From assembly GCA_963514005.1 (NCBI GenBank), contig OY740782.1, positions 71,424,001-71,488,000 on the forward strand: a stretch of DNA of 64,000 nucleotides, given 5' to 3'. The notes under the pieces were generated by a model. The model had not been told where the DNA came from. It saw only the letters and a list, made by a program, of their open reading frames with translations, and ran no database searches. This document shows positions 51,884 through 61,580 of this stretch, in pieces (positions within the stretch are counted from its first letter, which is position 1; every line of letters starts with the position of its first letter). Position numbers and translations under genes: made by a program. Source of the DNA: Raja brachyura (taxonomy: Eukaryota).

Positions 51884-53609
51884 ATGTCTTGCAGCAAGGA
51901 CATGGATGGGAGTTCGAAGGGCCGGAGGACGTCAGGACGAGTTCGCCGGTCAACAGTTCCGGGGCCTTTACCATCGGCAATACCTGCAGCGCAGGCCGGG
52001 ACTCAGGCGGAGATGTGGGTAAGCCCTGTGATTACAGGTCCAGGTCCGCCAGCACACCACAGCTCGGAGGAGTTCGACGAGGAGGAGTGTGGTGTGCCGC
52101 CAGAGCAGGGGGACCCTGCCATGGCAGTCAGGTCGTCAGCGGGCTCGCTGGCGACGTCGAGCAGGGCACGTGCCGTTGCACGGTCTGTTCCACTCAGCCC
52201 TCCGAGAAGGGGGAGGGCAGGAGCCCAGAAGCCTAACCCTGTTAGGGCTAAGGCATTGCCTATCGCGGAGGAGCGGTCAGGTTCCAGGGCGAGACCCGGG
52301 GCGGCTGTGAGGTCCAGCCGGCACACCCCGACTCTGGACGCCAGGACGGGTCGGTCGAGTCGGGTCTCGTCACGGTCGCCGAGCCCCCCATGGATGGGTG
52401 GGCGAGACCATGCGTCGGCAACGTCCACGATGTGGGCAGCCGGCAAGACTGCGCGGGCCCCAGGCAGCCATGCTTCGGCTGGTGCCGACACCTCGCCACG
52501 AGTGCCCTTAGTGGCAGCGGCTTCAGCTCTCGCTAAACGGAGGCGATTGAACACGCCCGCGCAGGAATCGCGCAGTTTCGCCTCGGCGGCTGTTAGCGAC
52601 AACTACCGGCACCGGCAGGGCCTCGATGAGGTGCGGGCCGATGACAGGAGCCCGGTTTTCTTTTCAGAGCCGGAGGACTCCGACCACCTGAGTGTACAGG
52701 GTGAAGGGCGTATTGACCGTATGGAGCGGCTGCTGGAGCTCCTGCTTCAACGTCAACAACACACCAACATCTACTATCAGCCTGGAGCAGCAGGAGGAGG
52801 AGGTTCTGGTGGATCCCGTACCAACTCCGTTGGAGGTGCCAGCGGAAGAACTCTTGGATGTGGCGACCAAATTCGCGGCCCCACATACGGCTGGTCTTCC
52901 TCTAAATACAAAGCTGGCAGCCACAGTGGACTTTCTTAATAATCAGGTGCTGCAGGAAGAGGTCCTCATCCAGGCTATGAGCCGGCACAAGGCTCCATCA
53001 AACTGCAACTCCCTCAACGTGCCTGTGGTCAATACGCCAATATGGGGCAACATCAGTGTGGCTATCCGTCAACAGGAGCTAAAATTGCAGCGGATCCTGA
53101 AACTCCCGGCCGGTATTACCGCCTTTGCGCGGTCGGTGGACGGGGACGAACTGAATTTGGACCAGGAAGATGCTCTGGCCTTATTGTGCGCGACCCAGCA
53201 CGAAATCAACGGGTTTCGCAAAAACAGCATCCGCCCAGCACTCAACCCGAAGTTTGCAGGATTGTGCAAACCACCGCCGCCGCCGCCGCCCCGTCAGCTC
53301 TTTGGTGAGGACCTCTCGAAGAGAGTCAAAGAGCTTGACGAACAAGCCAAAACGGTGGGGATCATGCGCTCTCAGAGTGCCCCCACACCGTCAGGCTCAA
53401 AAGCTCCATACATTCGCTCACGAGGGTCGGCCGGTGCCTCGACGAGGACTCGCCTTCTAGCTCCACAACGACAACAGCACCAGAACTAGCACCAAGGGTC
53501 TTTTTTAGGACAGGGTCGGCAGAGACCTTTGTGGAAATCGAAGACGCCGCGCCCTCAAGCCAACCCAGCACCTCCACGGCCACCCACACGTGTCAAGGAC
53601 CGCCGGTAA
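51884..53609 (+). pseudogene. DIRS gag-like ORF1 (frameshift near 52.75-52.8 kb, TAG at 53487)
   Basis: ATG at 51884. RMERLLE is followed after a frame switch by LNVPVVN, IRPALNPKFAGLCK and LFGEDL. Reading through the TAG gives ...SFLGQGRQRP...KDRR-stop at 53609. Confidence 0.85.
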
Positions 53610-55542
53610 CCACGGAGGTGAGGGGGTCTGGTTCTCTTTTTTCTCTCTGTTTAACTTCCCATGTTGGTGGTCGTTTACGGTTGTTTTTGGATGCATGGGG
53701 TAATTTTACTGGTGATGAGTATGTGTTGCGGAATATTCGGGGGCATAGAATTGAGTTTATTAATGGCGACATTCCTCCATCCCAGCACATGCCTGGTCGT
53801 ACGTTCAAATTGTCTGCTGCAGAACAGGCAGCAGGTTACAAGGAAATTTTAAGTTTGGAACAGAAGGGTGTGATTGAGAAAACAGTGCATGAGCCAATTG
53901 AATTTGTTTCGAACATATTTACTAGACCTAAGAAGGATGGAGGCTGTCGTGTCATTATTGATCTAACCCGTTTGAATACGTTTGTAACATATACTCATTT
54001 TAAAATGGATACGTTTGAAACAGCCAAATCATTGATTTCTCATGGCTGCTTTATGGCATGCATTGATTTGAGGGATGCATATTATTCAGTATCCATCCAG
54101 AAAGATGATAGAAGGTTTTTGAAATTTATCTGGATGGGGCAACTTTGGCAGTATAAGGCTTTGCCTAATGGGCTTACTACAGCCCCTAGATTGTTCACTA
54201 AATTGGTGAAGCCAATCATGGCTTATTTGAGACAACGACATCATATAGTTATGGCCTATTTAGATGATGTCTTTATTGTGGACCACACCCTGCAATTGGC
54301 TGAACAGGGTGTTGCAGCTGCTGTCAATATATTTCAACAATTAGGATTCATTGTCCATCCAGAGAAATCGAAGTTCTGCCCTGCCCAGGTAATTAATTAC
54401 CTAGGGTTCACGGTGAACTCAATGAGCATGAGGATAACTATACCAATTAACAAAATTGAGGAAGTCACTAAGGTGTGCAGAGATTTAATTGGCACCAATA
54501 TACCATCGATTCGGCATACAGCCACAGTAATTGGCAAGTTAGTGGCTTTGTTTCCGGCAGCACGATATGGACCTTTGCATTATCAGAATTTGCAAAGAGC
54601 TAAAATTACTGCGTTAAAACGGAACGCTGGTCATTATGATCGATCTATGCAGCTGCCGTCCGAAGCGATAACTGAGTTGCAATGGTGGGTGTGTCACATT
54701 AGCAACTCATTTAAGCCTGTCAGGGAGGCTAATCCGGTGGTATATTTACAGACTGATGCAAGCTCCAATGGCTGGGGAGCTACTGATAATTGCTCTAGTT
54801 GTGGGGGTAGATGGGACACCCTTGAGGCATCGATGTTGTTGACTCAAGGGATTAACTATTTGGAGTTGCTGGCAGCATTCCACGGACTTCGTGCATATTG
54901 TTCCAAGCTTGTTGGAGCACACGTCCGTCTCCAAATAGACAACACCACAGCTGTGGCATATTTAAACCATATGGGTGGTACCAGGTCAGTTTCGTGTGAC
55001 AAATTGGCTAACTCAATTTGGCTCTGGTGTATTCAAAGAGACATTTGGATTTCAGCTACCTATTTGCCAGGTGAGCTTAATACTGTGGCGGACACCAGGT
55101 CACGCAAATTTAATGACAACATTGAATGGATGTTGCATCCTGAGATTTTTTCTAAAGTCACAGCCAAATTTGGTAAACCGGACATTGACCTTTTTGCGTC
55201 ACGGTTGAACCATCAGGTACCAGCCTACGTTTCATGGGAACCAGATCCTGGGGCAATAGCGCTAGATGCATTCTCGCTGGACTGGGGGAATTGGTTTTTC
55301 TATGCCTTCCCTCCGTTTTGCCTCATCAGTCGGGTATATTGCGAAAGATTCAGGCAGATGCTGCCAAGGGCATCCTTATTATACCCGACTGGCCCACACA
55401 GCCTTGGTATCCGGTGGTCTTTGACATGCTCAACGAACCTTGGGTCCTTTTGAAGGGTTGCCCACAATTGGTTACTCACCCTGTCTCAGGGGAGCCACAT
55501 CCCTGCCATGGCTATTTAAATTTGTTGGCTTGCAGGTTCTGA
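53501..55542 (+). pseudogene. DIRS pol-like ORF: reverse transcriptase, RNase H, Dam-like N6-adenine methyltransferase (one frameshift near 55335)
   Basis: IDLRDAYY, LPNGL and YLDD (RT); QTDAS, YLELLA and IDNTTAV (RNase H); DLFASRLN and YAFPPF, then IIPDWPTQPWYP in another frame (MTase). Confidence 0.95.
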
Positions 55543-56519
55543 ACAGGCCGTTAGTCCAATACGGCCTCTCAGCTCGGACCATGGATACCATCGGGGCGTC
55601 GTGTCGAGAGTCCACAAGGCGAAGATACCGCTCGCATATTAAGAAGTGGGAAGCCTACTGCAGCCGCTCTCGCATCACGTACGATGACGTGACAATAACC
55701 GACGTCCTGGAATTCCTCGCGGGGTTGCACCATGATGAACACTTAAGTTACAGTGCCATCAACAGCGCCAGAAGTGCGCTATCATTCTACCTCAAGATTG
55801 GGGTAGGATCCAACAGGCTAGTGTCCAGACTCATGCGGGGTATATTCAATATGAATCCGCCTACACCACGCTATAATATCACCTGGGATGTCAGGGACGT
55901 ATTAACCCTGCTCAGGACGTGGTCTCCAATGGAAGGGCTCCAACTGGACCAACTCACCATGAAGCTGGTGATGTTACTAGCGCTGACTTCAGCTCAGAGG
56001 GTACAGACACTACACAAACTGCGTGTCGACAGAATGACAGCTACCCCTACAGAAGTAGTCTTTTTCGTTGACGAGCTACTAAAGCAGCATAGACCTGGGT
56101 GCACAGGGCTGCAGCTGAAGTTCCCGGCATACCCCGCAGATGCTAGGCTATGTTTAGTCTCACATATCCGCCACTATGTCAAAGTGACGGCACGCATCAG
56201 AGGAATGGAGAGATACCTGCTTGTCACTCATAAGAGACCTCATCATCGAGTGACAGTCCAGACGATATCCAGGTGGCTTTGAGTCGTCTTGGGTAAGTCA
56301 GGTATCGACATTAATGTGTTCAAGTCTCATTCCACCAGGGCTGCATCGACGTCAGCGGCGAGGGTCATGGAGGTGCCCATGGACCAAATTCTTGCCACAG
56401 CAGGATGGGCGAATGAAGCTGTGTTCCAGCGTTTTTATAACAAGCCTGTTGCTGCTCCTCTACAGTTCGCAGAAGCCGTGCTGAATGCAGGTCAAGAACG
56501 TGGATATGTCCCCGCATGA
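55536..56519 (+). pseudogene. DIRS tyrosine recombinase (one frameshift near 56280)
   Basis: Catalytic set R (SAQR), HSTR, W (AGW) and Y (FYNK). First ATG at 55581 in ACCATGG context. Confidence 0.93.
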
Positions 56520-56660
56520 GGGGTTTTGATTTGTTATTAATAAATATGCTCTTGTTTTGCAGTATGAACTATTGAGCAAGTTTGTTCCTCCCATCCATCC
56601 CTGGTAGTGGTGTGTCAGCATGGACGTGGTCCAGGGCGTGTAATCACAGAAGCTTTGAAG

Positions 56661-56773
56661 TCTTCACGAAGTCACTCACGTGACTCCGAAATGAAATAGT
56701 AAGATTGAACGAGAACTTACCAGTTCGAAGGTTGATCTTTATTTTATGAGGAGTCGAAGTGAGGGATTTCGTG
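56661..56773 (+). repeat. DIRS internal complementary region (ICR)
   Basis: 56661-56696 is the reverse complement of 51706-51741, and 56695-56773 is the reverse complement of the right end up to 56996. Confidence 0.95.
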
Positions 56774-58164
56774 CCCTCCTCGCCCAACCCTCAATCACCT
56801 TCATCTGGTAATCTTAGTCAATTCAATCATACTATGAGAAGTCATTTCTTTTGTTGGTTTCTGTGATTCCACGCCGTTACTTTGAAGTATGTCGAGCATG
56901 CGCGCCGGCGGGCTCTTCACGAAATCCCTCACTTCGACTCCTCATAAAATAAAGATCAACCTTCGAACTGGTAAGTTCTCGTTCAATCTTACTATTCCTG
57001 AGTATAATGTGCACCTTCAAGCTTTTGTATAACTTTGAGTATGTTCACAGCTCTTCTGAGGCAGCGTGAAATGTAGCTGACGTGAATGACGGGGACTCTG
57101 ATGATGAACTGGGCTGCATCTACCACTCTCTGCAATTAAATGTGGTGTTGGGCAGAGCTGTTCTTAAACCAAGCTGAGATGTAACCTGACTGCACACTTT
57201 CTATGGTGCTGTGAAATACTTTTTCACTGTTATTAAATGTCCTAGATGATCAGAGTAATTAGGAAGAAGGTGAAATACACTTAAATATCTTTAAATTACT
57301 ATAGGTTATTTTCAGAAAAATAGTATTTTTTAAATACTTCTACCTTGTGCAAATTAATTCAAGCATGAACACTGTTTTAAAAAAGGGAAACTGAAAAAAA
57401 TGACCTTGCTTCACTTAAGTTTTTTTAAAAATGAATATTGACAATCCCATCTCAATGAACAGTACCACTAAAGATATGTACGGCTAGTGTAAAGCTAAGG
57501 AACTGGTTATCTGGCCCTTGAATACTGCCACTGGATTAATTGCTAAATCCAGCAGCACAATGGGAATTGAGACATGCTAATTTACAATCAGTGCAAACCA
57601 TTGTGCAGGAAGGAACGCACCAGTCGGAAGAGGGCTCCGCCTCAACCGGCTGCCTGCCCCTTTTCTGGGGTTACGTCCAAGCCTGGGTGGTATTAGAGAG
57701 GGACTACGCCCTATCAATGGGCACCCTGGTGGATTTCTGGGACTATGGGGACCGCGGGGGTGCAACTTACTCGTAAATCTTTGCTCCTTTTCCAGCTTGA
57801 CAACATAATTTCTATAACATGATGGCCAAAACTCAACACCTCACTGTGACGTCACCAATGTCTTATAAAATGCAACATGACCTGCCAAGTACTCAATACT
57901 CTGACTGAGGAAGGCCAAAGTGCCGAAACTGAGGAAGAACAGTGTGCCGAAAAGGATGGCCAATTGACAGAAAACCACAATCATTGACAATCCATAATTA
58001 ATTATCTCTCTACAATCATTACCACCCCTTATCACCACAATCATGAACTGTCCATCCTCACAGACTCTCCACAATGAACACATTTCCACAATGCCCAACT
58101 TTTAATAATCCCTACCTTTTTGTAATCACCAACTCCATATTTCTTTACCATCTCTGACATTTTC

Positions 58165-59605
58165 AGGGTGGCACGGCAAAGCAGTGGTAGAGTTGCTGCC
58201 TTGCAGCGCTTACGGCGCCAGAGACCTGGTTCGATCCTGACTGCGGATGCTGTCTGTACGGAGTTTGCACATTTTCCGCATGACCATGTGGGTTTTGTCC
58301 AAGATCTTCCCATGATTTCTTCCCAAACTCCAGAGATCAGGCACGTGCCGTCAGGGTAGGCAAGGTAGGCACTGCCTATCCTGACTAAAATTATAACATA
58401 GTAATTACTAAATATAAATAGTAAAGGCATGGGAGAATTACACCTATCTAAGAGATCGATCTCTTATGTAGGCATAATTCTCCGTGCCTTTCATCCACAG
58501 CACTTCTAACATGTGGAGGTCGGTGCAGCCCACGTGCCATCAGCGCTGCTGGAAGCCGTCAATTTCAAGCGGGGCAGTAGCCTACTGCGCATGCGCAACG
58601 CTGGTTTCTTGGCAGTGTTTTCAAATATGGATTGGCATTATTTTAAGTGTATCTTGGGAAACAGGGAGAGAAGAATGAAACTCGTGTACCGATGATGTGG
58701 AAAGTACATTTGTTGGTGATGTTTTTAAATACCGTATATCCCGGGCTGTGGGGGTGGGGGGAGAGCTCCTTTCATAACATTTGGGGAGTCTGGCCCGGGG
58801 TAAAGTTGTGGGGATGGCACGAATGTTGTGAAGGAGGGGATCGGGATAATGCCACTTGCGACACTCCTTGCACGGAGGCAAAACCTCTCTCCTGCTGCTC
58901 ACTGGCCTCACTCATGTCCTTAAATTCCAATTGAGGTTACTCGGCTGTGGGAATTTAAGGTTTTCCAGGAAGCGGCTGACATGAGCTGGCGGCAGGTGAG
59001 AGGTGTTCAGACAGAGAGCACTGCCAGAAGTGAGCTGGCTGGCAGAACGCACTGAAGTGGCGGCCAGTTCTGCTGTCGAGTTCCGACTCCCTGAGCTGCT
59101 TCTATCCCCGGCTACAATGCGTGGCTTCGTGCCTGGAGAGCTGCGGTAGTGGTGAGTGAGTGAACTACTGCCATTATCCGCGACCCCCTCCTCCTCAACA
59201 CTCCTGCTCTCCCCGCAACTTTACCCCTGGCACAGACTCTCCACACGCTGTGAAAGGAACTGTCCCCCCCAATTGGTCCCTTGAACAAGTGTTGTCTTTC
59301 AATAAGATTACTGTACTCCCGTTTTTCCCACCATCTCTCCACCTGCCATCAATCTTCACCACCCACCCATTCAGTAATTCAGAATAAAGGAGACTAGGAA
59401 GCCTTGGGCAAATTGGATTGTTACAGGTTTCATTTTTTATTTTTTATTTTTACGGAGAGAATACGCATGCGTGGTTTAATTTTTTTTAAATCCGACTGAG
59501 TGCCTACCCTAAGTAATTACTCACGGCACGTGCCTGCCAGAGACGTACAGGTTTGTAGGTTAATTGGCGTGGTATAAATGTAAATTGTCCCTAGTGTGTG
59601 TTGGA
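58165..59605 (+). mobile_element. V-SINE split by a hAT element
   Basis: SINE head and V-domain-like core at 58165-58337, resuming GTACAGGTTTGTAGGTTAATTGG at 59545. Confidence 0.8.
58338..59536. mobile_element. Non-autonomous hAT DNA transposon
   Basis: TIR CAGGCACGTGCCGT / ACGGCACGTGCCTG with 8-bp TSD CCAGAGAT / CCAGAGAC. Confidence 0.9.
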
Positions 59606-59679
59606 CATTTTGTCTTGACATCATGTTACTGAGTTCGCAATCTCCTGCTTGTACTCTATCTCATCATTGTTCGTGATCC

Positions 59680-59990
59680 GGTCCACCAGTCGTGTTATCT
59701 ACAAACGTGCAGATGAAGTTTAAGCCGAATGCTCAATTTGGTCACATAGTTGTGAGCATACAGGAGGAATAGTAAAGGACTGAGAATACATCCTTGCGGG
59801 GCACTAGTGTTGAGAACTATTGTGGAGGAGGTGGCATCATCTGTCCTCACTGATCGTGGTCTGCAGATCAGAAAGTCAAGGATCCGGTGGCAGAGGGAGG
59901 TGCTGTGGACCTTGTGTGATGCTGGGCAACCTGCACTGGATCAAGGCTGGCTGGGAGGCTGGAGTTAATTAATGTAGCCATCAGCAGTTT
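59680..59990 (-). mobile_element. Rex1/L2-type RT fragment
   Basis: Minus-strand translation ILDFLICRPRSVR...LNTSAPQGCILSPLLF. Confidence 0.75.
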
Positions 59991-60189
59991 CTCGCACTGC
60001 ACATTCACACCTTTCAACTCAGTTCAACTCAGGTTATCAACCCTTGGTTATACTACCAATATGTTTGCCCTAATCAGCTTTATGGCTCCACCTTTACTTT
60101 TTGCAATTCTCTCTGTCACATCTGGAATTCCTGTACCCTAGAAAATTAGTCCTGCCAGCCCTGTCCTCCCCTCAACCATGTTTCTATGC

Positions 60190-60324
60190 TTCTTCTTTTG
60201 TGTGGTGTGCACAGCCTAAAATTGTAGGACAACTTGTTCTATTTGATCTTCTGTTTGTGCACGTCGAGTTGATTGCATTAGTTGAAACAGGGCGGACCAC
60301 GTGAAGGTTGCAATCTTCCACCCC
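60190..60324 (-). mobile_element. Short non-autonomous retroposon headed by an HDV-like ribozyme (copy 2)
   Basis: Flanking direct repeat TTTCTATGCTT (60181-91) / TTTCCATGCTT (60326-36) and AAAAGAAGAA tail. Same family as 15302-15437. Confidence 0.88.
60271..60324 (-). ncRNA. HDV/CPEB3-like self-cleaving ribozyme (predicted, core intact)
   Basis: GGGGUGG AA GAUUGCA ACC UUCACGU GGU CCGCCCU GU UUCAA CUAA UGCAAUC: P1 with G1-U wobble, perfect P2 and P3, CPEB3-type L3, catalytic C in J4/2. Confidence 0.85.
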
Positions 60325-60586
60325 ATTTCCATGCTTATAAGAGCATTAGAATTCCAGGTGTTGGTCCATGCATTATCCTAAGTGTAGTTGAATCTACCAG
60401 CCCTCCCAAGCTCCTTAATCTCTCTGTGTTTCCTCTGACCATTGGTCTTGCTTGATTTATCCTCTCTATTTTTCTCTCTACATGCTGCAGTGCTTAAATT
60501 CTTCTGAATAACATGAGTATTTTGAGTTGACACAGTGTTGCATCTGGTTGAGCTGATTCTGCAACATGATAAACAATATGTACATA

Positions 60587-61580
60587 TCTATATTACAAAA
60601 AGTCTGATCTTGACCACTTCCTGGTGTTCTGTATATTGTATATTCTGTATATGTTCAGTCAGTCTCTGCAAGATGGGGGAGTGAGAGGGTCACGTCTCTC
60701 AGTCTGAGCTGTGAATAACACTGAACACATGTCTACTAAACAGTAAGTGGTTTTACTGACCTGACAGTGTCCTTAATGTGGTTTGAAAATATAGTTTGGA
60801 AATGCTAAAGCTGTGTTGCCTTTGGTTTGGAAATGCTAAAGCTGTGTTGCTTTTGGTTTGGAAATGGCAAAGCTGTGTTGCCTAATTAAAGTTGCCTTGC
60901 CTAATTAAAGTTGCCTTGCCTTCTATATAATTAAAAGTCTAATCTTGACCACTTCCTGTTTGTGCTTTATATTCATTGTAGAAAAAAAATGCTACTATGT
61001 ACGGTTGTGATTTTTGGCCATCTTACTCAGAATCCCCCTCCGCTCATCAGGTGCCGCGGATTTTCCCTATCGATGAAATATCAAACAGTTATTAGTGTTT
61101 TTTTTTTAAATGTTGAGATCCTCTCTCCTGTCAATCACGCCATGAAGGCCACTCCCCTTCTGGTGGGAGGGGGGAGGGACTATAAAACCCAGAAGTGTGG
61201 GCATGGCTCACTCTGCAAGATGGAGGATGGAGAACGACTCACTGTCTTTAGTGGCCTTGCACGCTGCTTGAAATGGAATTTCAGGAATAGCCGTGAGTCA
61301 ACTGCCAGCCCACCAGCCGTGAGTGAGTGAGCTGCCAGCACAACAGGCTTCAGTGACTGAACCGCCAGCTCAAGAATCCATTCAGCCCACAATGTGCATA
61401 CTAGCCCTCTGGAAACCAGTCCCTTCAGCCCACAACACCCATACTACCGCTACAGAAAGCCCCCCCCCCCCCCCCCCCCCCCCACTGGCCACCAATATTG
61501 GAATTAATGGAGAGGTGGAATATTGCGTTGGGAGACCAACCCCTGTGATGCTGGGACCCAACGGTTCCCAGTTAGTCTAG
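60587..61580 (+). mobile_element. Non-autonomous Helitron, composite (two 5' ends)
   Basis: A|TC start at 60587, 3' hairpin CTGGGACC-CAAC-GGTTCCCAG followed by CTAG|T at 61580, and no TSD. A second 5' end lies at 60922, after internal 31-bp and 19-bp tandem repeats. Confidence 0.85.

Larger units (their letters stand above)
51706..56996 (+). mobile_element. Full-length DIRS-like tyrosine-recombinase retrotransposon
   Basis: Left terminus 51706-51767, right terminus 56888-56996, and an ICR at 56661-56773 complementary to both outer ends. Order is gag, RT-RH-MTase, YR. There is no TSD, and the flanks rejoin as AGCTGTTCCTGAG of a Rex1/L2-like repeat. Confidence 0.97.

Noticed and set aside
53531-56519. 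RT + methyltransferase + integrase read as a novel prokaryote-like system (retron, DGR, phage)
   Set aside because: Domain order, ITR/ICR structure and vertebrate repeat context identify a standard DIRS retrotransposon.
13430-57010. Target preference of DIRS for Rex1/L2-type repeats (two copies sit in such repeats)
   Set aside because: The insertion positions within the host differ, the third copy abuts CR1, and the host family is abundant. Only a shared TT overlap is supported.
60795-60920. CRISPR-like direct repeats
   Set aside because: Head-to-tail 31-bp and 19-bp minisatellite units with no unique spacers, no cas genes and a eukaryotic context.
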